Shown here one piece after another: positions 21,764-31,113 of a stretch of DNA of 45,183 bases. The stretch is from the NCBI GenBank assembly GCA_044354435.1, contig JBIKZZ010000001.1, forward strand, positions 1-45,183, given 5' to 3'. The stretch is from Rhodoferax sp. (lineage in GTDB: Bacteria; Pseudomonadota; Gammaproteobacteria; Burkholderiales; Burkholderiaceae_C). The notes beneath the pieces are model-generated. The model saw nothing but the letters and a program-made list of their open reading frames with translations. It did not search any database and was not told where the DNA came from. Each line of letters starts with the position of its first letter. Position 1 is the first letter of the stretch. Position numbers and translations under genes: made by a program.

Positions 21764-22199
21764 CGCAATGCCTTTGAACTCGTCGCGCCCGTCGTTCGCA
21801 ACCCTGCGGGTGGGCGACACCCTTGCTGCGTTGGAACTGCCTCCCGTTTCGCGGCTGACCTTAGCCCTGTACTGTGGGGCATCGGGCGATCACAATCCTA
21901 TCCACGTCGACACCGACTTTGCGCACAATGCAGGCATGCCTGACGTCATTGCCCATGGCATGCTGTCCATGGCTTGGCTGGCCCGTTTGCTGACTGATTG
22001 GGTGCCACAGCAGGCGATTCGTGAATACAACGTGCGCTTTGCCACCATGACGTCTGTTGGGGAAGCAATCACCTGCATCGGCGAGGTCATCGAGAAACTC
22101 GAAACCAATGGCGAGCGACGCGTGCGCCTGTTGCTGAAGGTGGCCAATGCCGATGGCCAGATCAAGCTGATCGGCGATGCGGTGGTCGCGCTGGCTTGA
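21756..22199 (+). CDS. MaoC family (R)-hydratase catalytic subunit (HadB-like)
   Basis: Hydratase-2 motif YCGASGDHNPIHVD...IAHGM. Confidence 0.88.
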   Translation: MTDAMPLNSSRPSFATLRVGDTLAALELPPVSRLTLALYCGASGDHNPIHVDTDFAHNAGMPDVIAHGMLSMAWLARLLTDWVPQQAIREYNVRFATMTSVGEAITCIGEVIEKLETNGERRVRLLLKVANADGQIKLIGDAVVALA

Positions 22200-22332
22200 G
22201 GCACCAACCCATGTGTAAAAAAGTCTCATGAACGCAGGGCTCGACCAGCTTGGTGGCAACCACATCCGTTGGATCATGAAGCGGCTGACACTAGCCCTTA
22301 CTGACGTGGCTGGCCAGACCTAAGGAGATGCT

Positions 22333-23484
22333 GTGGAAAGTGTTCTGACCTTCCCCCGAACTGTGTTTCGCGAAGACCACGAAATGCTCAGAAAAACGGT
22401 GCGCCGCTTTTTGGAGTCCGAGTGCAAGCCGCGCCAGAGCCTGTGGGACACAGCTGGCCGGGTCGACCGTGAAACATGGCTCAAGGCCGGACGCGAAGGG
22501 TTGCTTTGCGCCACCATGGACGTCCAGTGGGGCGGCGGTGGCGGCGACTTCGGCCATGCGGCGGTGATCGTTGAAGAGATCGGCCGCTCAGGCGTTAGCG
22601 GGTTGGGCTTTAGCCTGCATTCCGATGTCGTCGCGCCTTACCTTGAGCGACTCGGCACCACCGAGCAAAAGGCGCGGTGGCTGCCTGGCTGCGCGCGCGG
22701 CGAACTCATTTTGGCGATTGCCATGAGTGAGCCCGGCGCGGGCAGTGACCTCAAGGCCATCCGCACCAGTGCCCGCCTTGAAGGTGACGAGTATGTCCTT
22801 GACGGCGCCAAGACCTTTATCTCCAATGGTCTGAACTGTGACCTGGTGGTGGTTGTGGCCAAGACTCGGCCAGAGTTGGGGGCCAAGGGCGTGTCGCTCA
22901 TTCTGGTGGAAGCTGACCGCGCAGGTTTTCGCAGAGGCCGCAAACTTGACAAAATGGGTCAGCAAGCCGCCGACACTGCAGAGTTGTTCTTTGAAGCCGT
23001 TCGGGTTCCAAAGGGCAACCTGCTGGGGGAGGAAAACAAAGGCTTTGGGTACCTCATGCAAGAGCTGGCGCAGGAGCGTTTTGTGATCGCACTAGGCGCT
23101 GCCGCGAAGATGGAGGCCATGTTCGCCGAGACGGTGGGCTACACCAAGTCGAGAATGGTGTTTGGCAAACCGCTTTTCGAATTTCAGAACACGCGCTTCA
23201 AGCTGGCAGACATCAAGGTGCGCACCACGGCTGTACGCATGATGGTAGACCAATACCTTGGCGAGCACCTGCGTCGAAAATTGACGGTCGAAGAAGGCGC
23301 CATGGCCAAGCTGTATTGCACTGAAGAGCTGGGCAAGGCCCTCGATGAGCTGCTGCAGTTGTACGGCGGCTACGGTTACATGATGGAATACCCAATCACC
23401 CGGGCATTCGTGGACTCTCGTGTCACCCGCATTTACGGGGGTACCAGTGAGGTCATGAAAGAGCTGATTTCCAGAAATATATGA
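22333..23484 (+). CDS. Acyl-CoA dehydrogenase, LCAD-like
   Basis: AMSEPGAGSDL, KTFISNG, LAQER (LCAD-type Glu), QLYGGYGY, IYGGTSE; TAAGGAG before GTG. Confidence 0.92.
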   Translation: MESVLTFPRTVFREDHEMLRKTVRRFLESECKPRQSLWDTAGRVDRETWLKAGREGLLCATMDVQWGGGGGDFGHAAVIVEEIGRSGVSGLGFSLHSDVVAPYLERLGTTEQKARWLPGCARGELILAIAMSEPGAGSDLKAIRTSARLEGDEYVLDGAKTFISNGLNCDLVVVVAKTRPELGAKGVSLILVEADRAGFRRGRKLDKMGQQAADTAELFFEAVRVPKGNLLGEENKGFGYLMQELAQERFVIALGAAAKMEAMFAETVGYTKSRMVFGKPLFEFQNTRFKLADIKVRTTAVRMMVDQYLGEHLRRKLTVEEGAMAKLYCTEELGKALDELLQLYGGYGYMMEYPITRAFVDSRVTRIYGGTSEVMKELISRNI

Positions 23485-25181
23485 CCATGGTCAACCGGCA
23501 CCGTAAATTTTGGCCCCAGGGTGTGCCCCATCAGTTGCGGGTGCCGCAGGTCACGCTCAACCATTATTTGCAGACAGCAGCTCAGCGGTATCCCGATAAA
23601 CCGGCACTGATTTACGCCGACCGGGTGTTGACGTATCGCGAGTTGCACCAGCAGGTGGAGGCAGTAGCTGCTTATTTGCAGCAGCGGCTGGGCGTTGTTC
23701 GCGGCGACCGTCTGCTGCTGATAAGTCAGAATTGCCCGGAGTTTGTCATTGATTACTACGCGGCCATGCGCGTGGGCGCTGCTGTCGTGCCGGTCAGCCC
23801 GATGAGCACCTTGGTTGAGATTGCCTACTATGCCGATGACAGTGGTGCCAAAGTGGCGTTGGTGGCGCAAGACCTGCTGCATCATGTGCAGCCCCTGATG
23901 GGTCGAGATGGCGGCACTCTGACTTCGGCGCTGGTACACACTTACAGCGAGGGCGTGCCCGCCAGTGGCATCGAGGCGCTGCCTGAGGCTATGCGCTTTA
24001 CCGCCTGTGTCTTTTCTGAGGACACCGTGCATGCCTTTGCTGACGCACTGGCTTACAACAACCCGGTGCAAGACGTGGGGCATGGTCCCCACGATCTGGC
24101 CGTGTTGCCTTACACCTCGGGCACCACCGGGCATCCCAAGGGCTGCTGCCACACGCACAGCACCATGCTAGCTTCCAACCTGGCCTCCCAGGTGTGGCGT
24201 GGCTTGCATACCGACGCGGTGTTTTTGTGCGTTGCGCCGCTGTTTCATATGCTGGGCATGCAAAACGGCATGAACTTGCCCCTCACCCTGAGTGGGACCA
24301 TCGTGATGATGCCGCGGTGGGATGCGGCGCGGGCGACAGCCCTGGTTGAGCGTTACCGCGTCACGGTCTGGACTGCTCCGCCGGCCATGGTGATGGACTT
24401 CTTTGCCCATCCAAGTGCCCGTGAGCGCGACCTGTCGAGCCTGACGATGTTGTCTGGTGGTGGTGCGGCCATGCCCGAGGCGGTGGCCAGGTTGCTGCTT
24501 GATCAATTCGGGCTGACTTACAACGAAGCCTATGGCCTGTCGGAAACGGCGGCCTTTTTGCATGCTAACCCGCCGGCCCGCTGCAAACGCCAGTGCCTGG
24601 GTATACCCACTCAGGGCGTGGATTCGCGCATTGTTGACCCCGAAACCCTCCAAGAATTGCCCCAAGGGCAAGTGGGTGAACTGGTCACTCGCGGCGCCCA
24701 GGTGATGCAGGGTTACTGGCGTAACGCACAAGCCGACAAGGAAGCTTTCATGATGTTGGACGAAGAACGCTTCTTCAGAACGGGTGACCTGGCCTTGGTC
24801 GATGAAGATGGGTATTTCGTGATGCGTGATCGCCTCAAACGGATGATCAACGCCTCTGGCCTCAAGGTCTGGCCCGCAGAAGTGGAAAATGCGATGTACG
24901 AACACCCCGCAGTTCATGAAGCCTGCGTTATATCGATGCCTGATGCCAAGCGCGGTGAAAGCGTATTGGCTTTGCTGGTGCTCAAACCTGCTTTTAAAGG
25001 CGAGGTCGCTGAGCAAACCATCATCGACTGGAGCCGACAGCGAATGGCCGTCTACAAAGCGCCGCGCAGTGTGCGATTCATGGACGCCCTGCCGAAGTCG
25101 AGCATGGGCAAAATCCTCTGGCGCCAGTTGCAAGAGCAAGAGCATGCAGGTCTGAACACATTTCACGACGTAAAGGGGTAG
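23481..25181 (+). CDS. Long-chain fatty-acid-CoA ligase
   Basis: YTSGTTGHPKG, EAYGLSET, FRTGD, DRLKRMINASG, PKSSMGK. Confidence 0.92.
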   Translation: MTMVNRHRKFWPQGVPHQLRVPQVTLNHYLQTAAQRYPDKPALIYADRVLTYRELHQQVEAVAAYLQQRLGVVRGDRLLLISQNCPEFVIDYYAAMRVGAAVVPVSPMSTLVEIAYYADDSGAKVALVAQDLLHHVQPLMGRDGGTLTSALVHTYSEGVPASGIEALPEAMRFTACVFSEDTVHAFADALAYNNPVQDVGHGPHDLAVLPYTSGTTGHPKGCCHTHSTMLASNLASQVWRGLHTDAVFLCVAPLFHMLGMQNGMNLPLTLSGTIVMMPRWDAARATALVERYRVTVWTAPPAMVMDFFAHPSARERDLSSLTMLSGGGAAMPEAVARLLLDQFGLTYNEAYGLSETAAFLHANPPARCKRQCLGIPTQGVDSRIVDPETLQELPQGQVGELVTRGAQVMQGYWRNAQADKEAFMMLDEERFFRTGDLALVDEDGYFVMRDRLKRMINASGLKVWPAEVENAMYEHPAVHEACVISMPDAKRGESVLALLVLKPAFKGEVAEQTIIDWSRQRMAVYKAPRSVRFMDALPKSSMGKILWRQLQEQEHAGLNTFHDVKG

Positions 25182-25185
25182 TCAC

Positions 25186-26106
25186 ATGGGTGGTGCAGGA
25201 TTAGTACAGGACAAAGTTGTCGTGGTGACGGGCGCTGGTGGGGGCATTGGCCGCGATATTGCGCTGGCCATGGCCCGTGAAGGGGCCAAAGTCGTGGTCA
25301 ATGACCTGGGTGGTTCCGTGTCGGGCGAGGGTCAGGATGCCGGCCCTGCCCACAAGGTGCTCCATGAGATCCTGGCCATGGGTGGTCAGGCTGCCGCCAA
25401 CACCGACAGCGTATCGGATGCCGCGGGGGCTACGCGCATCATCCAGACGGCGATCGACCACTTTGGCCGTATCGATGTGGTGGTGAACAATGCGGGCATC
25501 CTGCGGGACCGTTTTTTTCACAAGATGAGCGTGGACGAATGGGACGCCGTGCTCAAGGTCCACCTGTACGGCGCCTTTTACGTTAGCCGTGCGGCCGCAC
25601 CGCACTTCAAGGAGCAGGAGCAGGGCAACTTTATCCACATGACCTCTACTTCCGGCTTGGTGGGCAACTTGGGTCAAGCCAATTATTCGGCCGCCAAACT
25701 GGGCGTGATGGCCTTATCCAAGTCGATCGCGCTGGACTTGCAAAGGTTCAATGTGCGCTCTAACTGCATCGCTCCTTTTGCATGGAGCCGCATGATTGGC
25801 TCGATCCCGACCGATACCCCGGCAGAGCAAGCCCGTGTTGCGCGCATCAAGCAGATGACGCCGGCCAAGATCGCGCCCATGGCGGTGGCCCTTGCCAGCG
25901 ACGCAGCGTCGAATGTGAATGGCCAGGTTTTTGCCGTGCGAAATAACGAAATCTTCTTGATGAGTCAGCCGCGTCCTGTGCGCTCAGTACACCGCGGCGA
26001 TGGCTGGACCCCACAAACGGTGCTCGATCACGCGCTACCTGCGCTAGCGTCGAGTTTCTTTGACCTGGCGCGTTCGGGCGACGTGTTCAGTTGGGACCCC
26101 ATCTGA
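25186..26106 (+). CDS. SDR oxidoreductase, MFE-2-like 3-hydroxyacyl-CoA dehydrogenase
   Basis: TGAGGGIG, VVVNDLGGS, NNAGILRD, GQANYSAAK. Confidence 0.88.
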   Translation: MGGAGLVQDKVVVVTGAGGGIGRDIALAMAREGAKVVVNDLGGSVSGEGQDAGPAHKVLHEILAMGGQAAANTDSVSDAAGATRIIQTAIDHFGRIDVVVNNAGILRDRFFHKMSVDEWDAVLKVHLYGAFYVSRAAAPHFKEQEQGNFIHMTSTSGLVGNLGQANYSAAKLGVMALSKSIALDLQRFNVRSNCIAPFAWSRMIGSIPTDTPAEQARVARIKQMTPAKIAPMAVALASDAASNVNGQVFAVRNNEIFLMSQPRPVRSVHRGDGWTPQTVLDHALPALASSFFDLARSGDVFSWDPI

Positions 26107-26127
26107 AAGCCGGACTGGAGAATTGCC

Positions 26128-26535
26128 GTGAACCCATCACAACCCATGTCAGTTAACCGAGGTGCTCTGGCCCGCCACCAGGCGGCATTGGCGCAAGGGC
26201 GATTCCTGATTCAGAAGTGCAATGACTGCACGCGCCACATTTACTACCCTCGCGAAATTTGTCCACATTGCGGCAGTGATGCCGTCGAACTCGTGGAACC
26301 CACCGGCACAGGCACGGTCTATGCAGTCACCAATGTGCGGCGAAAACCGGCCGAAGGCGGTGACTACAACGTCAGTCTGATCGATCTGGACGAAGGTCCG
26401 CGCCTGATGAGTCGTGTCGAAAAAATGGCGCCAGATAGCGTCAAGATCGGTCAGCGGGTGAGCGCCCGTGTTGTCCTGACTGAAGGCCGCGGCATGGTGG
26501 TCTTTGATCCCGTGCCTGGCGGAGGCGCCCCATGA
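26128..26535 (+). CDS. DUF35 Zn-ribbon/OB-fold protein
   Basis: CNDC...YPREICPHC, GTGTVYA, IDLDEGPRLMSRV. Confidence 0.88.
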   Translation: MNPSQPMSVNRGALARHQAALAQGRFLIQKCNDCTRHIYYPREICPHCGSDAVELVEPTGTGTVYAVTNVRRKPAEGGDYNVSLIDLDEGPRLMSRVEKMAPDSVKIGQRVSARVVLTEGRGMVVFDPVPGGGAP

Positions 26536-27710
26536 GCCCCGACTTGAAACAGCTGCGCGGCAGCGCGGTCATAGCCGGCGTGGCTACTTTTGGCTGTGGC
26601 GAAGCCCATGGCTTTACTGAAATGGAATTGCTGGTCCGCTCAGCCCATGCGGCTGTTGCCGACGCCGGCCTGAAGGTGAGCGACATCGATGGCTTGTGCA
26701 CCGCCAGTGTCGGCGCCACCATGTGGTCGATGCCGGTCATTGAATACCTGGGTATCCGTCCGACCTATATCGACGGCACCATGATCGGAGGCTCCAGCTT
26801 CATTGCTCACTTGTTGCCTGCCATGCACGCATTGCAGTCGGGTCAATGCAAGGCGGTACTGGTCTGCTACGGTAGCACTCAGCGCACGTCGACGCATGGC
26901 CGTCGAGAGGTCGCCCAGGCGCGCCGCTGGATGGACCCACAGCCCTATGAAACGCCTTACGAGCCGTTTAACCCACCATCCGCCTATGCGTTGGCCGCAT
27001 CCCGTCACATGCACCAGTACGGCACCACGCGCCGAGACTTGGCGGAAGTGGCAGTGGCTGCCCGGGCCTGGGCGCGCCTGAACCCCGAAGCGTTCATGCG
27101 CGAACCGCTTTCCATCGATGACGTGCTGGCCGCCCGCATGGTCAGCGATCCGCTCTCGGTGCGCGACTGTTGCCTGGTCACCGACGGCGGCGGAGCTTAT
27201 GTGCTGGTGCATGCAGACCGTGCCCCTGACTTGCGCCAAAAGCCGGTTTATGTGCTGGGCAATGCCACAGCGGTGTGGAACCGGCAAATCTCGTCGATGG
27301 ATGACCTGACGGTGACCGCAGCTACCCAGTCTGGACGAGATGCCTACGCCATGGCTGGCCTGGGTGCCAAGGACATCGACGTCGTGCAGTTGTACGATGC
27401 CTTCACCATCAACACCTTGCTGTTCTTGGAGGATCTGGGCTTTTGCGCTAAGGGTGAGGCTGGTGCGTTCGTGCGCAACGGCGGCATCGCGCCCGGAGGA
27501 CACTTGCCCGTCAATACCAATGGGGGAGGGTTGTCGTGCGTGCATCCTGGCATGTACGGCATTTTTGCGCTGATTGAAGCCGTGCGCCAGTTGCGTGGTG
27601 ACTGCGGTGACCGTCAAGTGCCCGGCGCAATGACCGCCATTGCGCATGGCAACGGCGGTACCTTGTCGAGCCAGTCTACAGCGGTGCTGGGTTTGGCCGA
27701 GACCTTGTGA
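26532..27710 (+). CDS. Thiolase-superfamily protein lacking the nucleophilic Cys (Ltp2-like)
   Basis: MIGGSSF at the Cys position, DCCLVTDGG, LYDAFT, NTNGGGLSCVHPG; ATGA overlap with DUF35 gene. Confidence 0.82.
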   Translation: MSPDLKQLRGSAVIAGVATFGCGEAHGFTEMELLVRSAHAAVADAGLKVSDIDGLCTASVGATMWSMPVIEYLGIRPTYIDGTMIGGSSFIAHLLPAMHALQSGQCKAVLVCYGSTQRTSTHGRREVAQARRWMDPQPYETPYEPFNPPSAYALAASRHMHQYGTTRRDLAEVAVAARAWARLNPEAFMREPLSIDDVLAARMVSDPLSVRDCCLVTDGGGAYVLVHADRAPDLRQKPVYVLGNATAVWNRQISSMDDLTVTAATQSGRDAYAMAGLGAKDIDVVQLYDAFTINTLLFLEDLGFCAKGEAGAFVRNGGIAPGGHLPVNTNGGGLSCVHPGMYGIFALIEAVRQLRGDCGDRQVPGAMTAIAHGNGGTLSSQSTAVLGLAETL

Positions 27711-27758
27711 TGTCGGCAACTGATGGTGCCAAGCCATGTTTGAAGCGAGTCTATTCAC

Positions 27759-28913
27759 ATGATCCGAGATCCTGAAACCTTTGAAGCCCTGCTCGACTCT
27801 GTGCGCCGCTTTGTGCGAGAGCGCCTGGTGCCCGCTGAAAGTGAGGTCGCAGAGACCGATCAGATCCCGGCGGCCATCGTGCTGGCGATGCGCGACATGG
27901 GCTTGTTCGGACTGACTATCCCGGAGTCTTATGGTGGGCTAGGATTGACTATGGAAGAGGAGTCGCGCCTGCTTTTTGAGTTGTGCAAGACGTCACCGGC
28001 ATTTCGCTCCGTGATTGGCACCACGGTGGGCATCGGTTCGCAAGGCATCTTGATGGACGGCACGCCTGAGCAAAAAGCCTATTACCTGCCCAAGCTGGCC
28101 ACGGGCGAGTGGATGGCCTCCTTTGCGTTGACAGAACCTGATGCTGGATCGGACGCCGCGTCGTTGCGCACCACGGCGATCCGGGATGGCGACGTGTACG
28201 TCGTGAATGGCACCAAGCGCTACATCACCAATGCACCGCAGGCCACACTTTTTACCCTCATGGCTCGCACCAACCCGCAAGACAAGACCGCAGGCGGCGT
28301 GTCGGCATTCATCTTGGATGCCAAATCGCCGGGCATCACCTTGGGCAAGATTGACCAAAAAATGGGCCAGAAAGGTGCACACACCTGCGATGTGATTTTT
28401 GAGAATGTCCGGGTGCCTGCCTCCCACTTGATTGGCGGCCGGGAAGGTCAGGGCTTCAAGACGGCGATGAAGGTGCTCGAAAAAGGCCGTATCCATTTGG
28501 CGGCGGTCTGTGTGGGCGTGGCCCAGCGCATTCTGAACGACGCCCTGCGTTACGCTGTGGATCGCAAGCAGTTCGGGCAATCGATTGCCGACTTCCAGCT
28601 GGTGCAAGCCATGCTGGCCGACAGCAAGGCTGAGTTGTACGCCGCCGAATGCATGGTGATCGATGCGGCGCGAAAGCGCGACGAGGGCCGCAACGTTGCC
28701 ACTGAAGCATCTTGCTGCAAGATGTTTGCATCAGAGATGTGCGGACGCGTCGCCGACCGTGCGGTTCAGATTCTGGGTGGTGCGGGCTATTTGTCAGAGT
28801 ACGGCATTGAGCGCTTTTACCGTGATGTGCGGCTGTTCCGCCTGTATGAAGGCACGACCCAGATTCAGCAGTTGATCATTGCGCGCAACATGGTCCGCGA
28901 AGCACGCGGTTAG
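27759..28913 (+). CDS. Acyl-CoA dehydrogenase (DcaA-like N-terminus)
   Basis: FALTEPDAGSD, NGTKRYITNA, RKQFG, QILGGAGY, LYEGTTQIQ. Confidence 0.92.
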   Translation: MIRDPETFEALLDSVRRFVRERLVPAESEVAETDQIPAAIVLAMRDMGLFGLTIPESYGGLGLTMEEESRLLFELCKTSPAFRSVIGTTVGIGSQGILMDGTPEQKAYYLPKLATGEWMASFALTEPDAGSDAASLRTTAIRDGDVYVVNGTKRYITNAPQATLFTLMARTNPQDKTAGGVSAFILDAKSPGITLGKIDQKMGQKGAHTCDVIFENVRVPASHLIGGREGQGFKTAMKVLEKGRIHLAAVCVGVAQRILNDALRYAVDRKQFGQSIADFQLVQAMLADSKAELYAAECMVIDAARKRDEGRNVATEASCCKMFASEMCGRVADRAVQILGGAGYLSEYGIERFYRDVRLFRLYEGTTQIQQLIIARNMVREARG

Positions 28914-28998
28914 GTGTGTCCAACAGCTGTTCGCTTGAATCACCAAGCAGGAGACAGTTCTGAATATTTTTTCACTTGAAACCTGAGGAGGAAATGCG

Positions 28999-29151
28999 GT
29001 GACTTCCCACACTGCCCAATTGGCCGCCTTTGCCTCGGCACTGAGTTTTGAAGATATTCCCGATCCAGTAGTTCGCAAGATCGAAGACCTGCTGGTGGAC
29101 TGGTTTGGCTCCACGGTCGCCCCCCGGCCCAGCTTCGTCATTCCCGGCTAA
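28999..29151 (+). pseudogene. Truncated MmgE/PrpD family gene (first ~41 codons)
   Basis: GAGGAGG then GTG; reads MTSHTAQLAAFASALSFEDIPDPVVRKIEDLLVDWFGSTVA before running into the repeat and stopping at TAA 29149-29151. Confidence 0.7.
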
Positions 29152-29226
29152 GACCGGGAATCCATATGCCAAATTGGCCTCTAGCCCCCGTCCTTATTGG
29201 GGTTATAGCTATTTATTTGATAGCAA
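29116..29226 (-). repeat. Composite intergenic repeat, copy D (inverted)
   Basis: Reverse complement TTGCTATCAAATAAATAGCT..CCAATAAGGACGGGGGCTAGAGGCCAATTTGG..GGATTCCCGGTCTTAGCCGGGAATGACGAAGCTGGGCCGGGGG closely matches 43487-43599. Confidence 0.9.
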
Positions 29227-29518
29227 ATGGACGAAATCGGCCTGATGCATCCCACCGGGTGGCCTTTAAATAAATTGTCACTTTCTGCCAATGCAATTGA
29301 AGCTTGGGGCGATTGCACAAACGCATGCGGCTGGGTGCAATGGTGGTCACCGCCCGGGATTAGCTTGCGCGGTTGGAGCAGATGACCGCATGTATTTGTC
29401 TTTCGAGCGATCCAGGGCTTGCGCCGTCGCACGGCAAACCTGCTGCAGCGCGGCATTTGCTTATTAATGGGTGATCGTTGGACGGATATTTTCGTATTTT
29501 TACTATAGGGGGCAGACC

Positions 29519-31111
29519 TTGAGCACGATTGACCGTAGACACCTTTTGCAAGCGGGCGCAGCCCTCACAGCCGGCAGCATTTTTGGCATTCCCCTGGAGG
29601 TGGCAGCCCAGGCTGCCAAGGGCGGCGTGCTGGTGATCGGTACGGCAGAGAACCCGCGCCACCTCAATTCCGCCGTGCAAAGCGGCTTGGGGACCATGCT
29701 GCCCGCAGCGCAGTTGTTCGCCTCGCCAATTCGCATGGACAAGGACTGGAAGCCCCAACCCTACTTGGCCGAACGCTGGTCATTGTCTGAGGACAACCGC
29801 AGCGTGACCCTGTTCCTGCGCAAGGATGCAGTGTTTCACGATGGCAAACCGGTGACCGCAGATGATGTGAAATTTTCAATTGAGGCGATCCGCGACAACC
29901 ACCCCTTCAAGACCATGTACGGGCCGGTCAACGCGGTCACCATTGTCGACCCCCATACGGCTGTGGTGCGCTTGGCTGAGCCTCACCCGGCCCTGCTGCT
30001 CGCCATGTCGACATCGCTGACACCCATCATTCCCAAACACATCTATGGCGACGGCCCTGACCTCAAAATCCATCCACGCAACGCCAGTCCGATAGGTTCA
30101 GGCCCGTTCAAACTGGTCGAGTTCAAACAGGGTGAGCACATCATCCTTGACCGCTTTGACCGTTTCTTCCTCAAGGGCTTGCCGCGGCTCGATCGCATCA
30201 TTGTGCGCACGTTCAAGGACCCTTCCAGCTTGATGATCGCCTTCGAACGTGGCGAGATCGACGTCCATTCCTCCGCGCGAGACCCTGCCTCGCAAGCGCG
30301 CGTACGCAAGATGTCCAACGCGACACTGGTCACGCGGGAAGCGCCTGCGCTGGGACCATTGACCTGGCTCGCGTTCAACAACAAGAGCCCCAAGCTGGCC
30401 GATAAGCGGGTGCGCCAGGCCATCAACTATGCCCTCGACAAAAAGTACTTGATCGAGACGCTGCTTGGGGGCGTTCACACCCGGGCGACCGGACCGATCG
30501 TCTCGGGTAGTCCGTTCTATACCAAGGACGTTGAACGTTACGACTTCAACCTCGACAAGGCTCGCAAGTTGCTGGACGACGCCGGTCTAAAACCCGGTGT
30601 AAACGGCGTGCGGCAGACGATCGACTACGACTACCTGCCGGGCCTGCCGGAGGCCCCCATCATCCAGGAGTACGTGAAGGTGGCACTGGCTAAAGTGGGG
30701 ATCGAGGTCAATGTTCGAACTTCGCCCGACTTTCCCACTTGGGCGAGACGCATCTCATCACTGCAATTCGACATGGCGTCAGACAATGTCTGGAACTGGG
30801 GCGACCCAGTGATTGGGGTGCACCGGACATGGTTAAGTTCAAACATCAAGCCCGGTGTGATCTGGTCCAACACACAGAGCTATGCCAACCCCAAGGTCGA
30901 CGAGTTGCTGGCGGCGGCCGGCAAAGAGATGAACCCCACCAAGCGCAAGGCGTTTTACGTGGACATGCAAAAACGGGTGGTGGATGACTGTCCGGTTGCT
31001 TTCTTGTTCGAAATTGGCATTGCCAGCGCCTACCTTACCAAGGTAGTCGATCGCCCAGCGGGCATCTGGGGTCCAGTGGACGCGTACACCGAGATGAGCG
31101 TGAAAGCCTGA
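29519..31111 (+). CDS. ABC transporter substrate-binding protein, family 5 (DppA-like), paralog 1, Tat signal
   Basis: TTG start, IDRRHLL twin-arginine, FHDGKPVTADDVKFS, PIGSGPFKL, DKRVRQAINYALD. Confidence 0.88.
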   Translation: MSTIDRRHLLQAGAALTAGSIFGIPLEVAAQAAKGGVLVIGTAENPRHLNSAVQSGLGTMLPAAQLFASPIRMDKDWKPQPYLAERWSLSEDNRSVTLFLRKDAVFHDGKPVTADDVKFSIEAIRDNHPFKTMYGPVNAVTIVDPHTAVVRLAEPHPALLLAMSTSLTPIIPKHIYGDGPDLKIHPRNASPIGSGPFKLVEFKQGEHIILDRFDRFFLKGLPRLDRIIVRTFKDPSSLMIAFERGEIDVHSSARDPASQARVRKMSNATLVTREAPALGPLTWLAFNNKSPKLADKRVRQAINYALDKKYLIETLLGGVHTRATGPIVSGSPFYTKDVERYDFNLDKARKLLDDAGLKPGVNGVRQTIDYDYLPGLPEAPIIQEYVKVALAKVGIEVNVRTSPDFPTWARRISSLQFDMASDNVWNWGDPVIGVHRTWLSSNIKPGVIWSNTQSYANPKVDELLAAAGKEMNPTKRKAFYVDMQKRVVDDCPVAFLFEIGIASAYLTKVVDRPAGIWGPVDAYTEMSVKA

Positions 31112-31113
31112 GC

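Noticed and set aside
22276-22323. Mini-ORF MKRLTLALTDVAGQT, a possible deletion scar of a secreted-protein gene
   Set aside because: Too short to assign; could be chance.
29230-29460. Possible remnant of a regulator gene (naaR-like) on the minus strand
   Set aside because: Short open stretch (ANAALQQVCRATAQALDRSK...) with no diagnostic motif.
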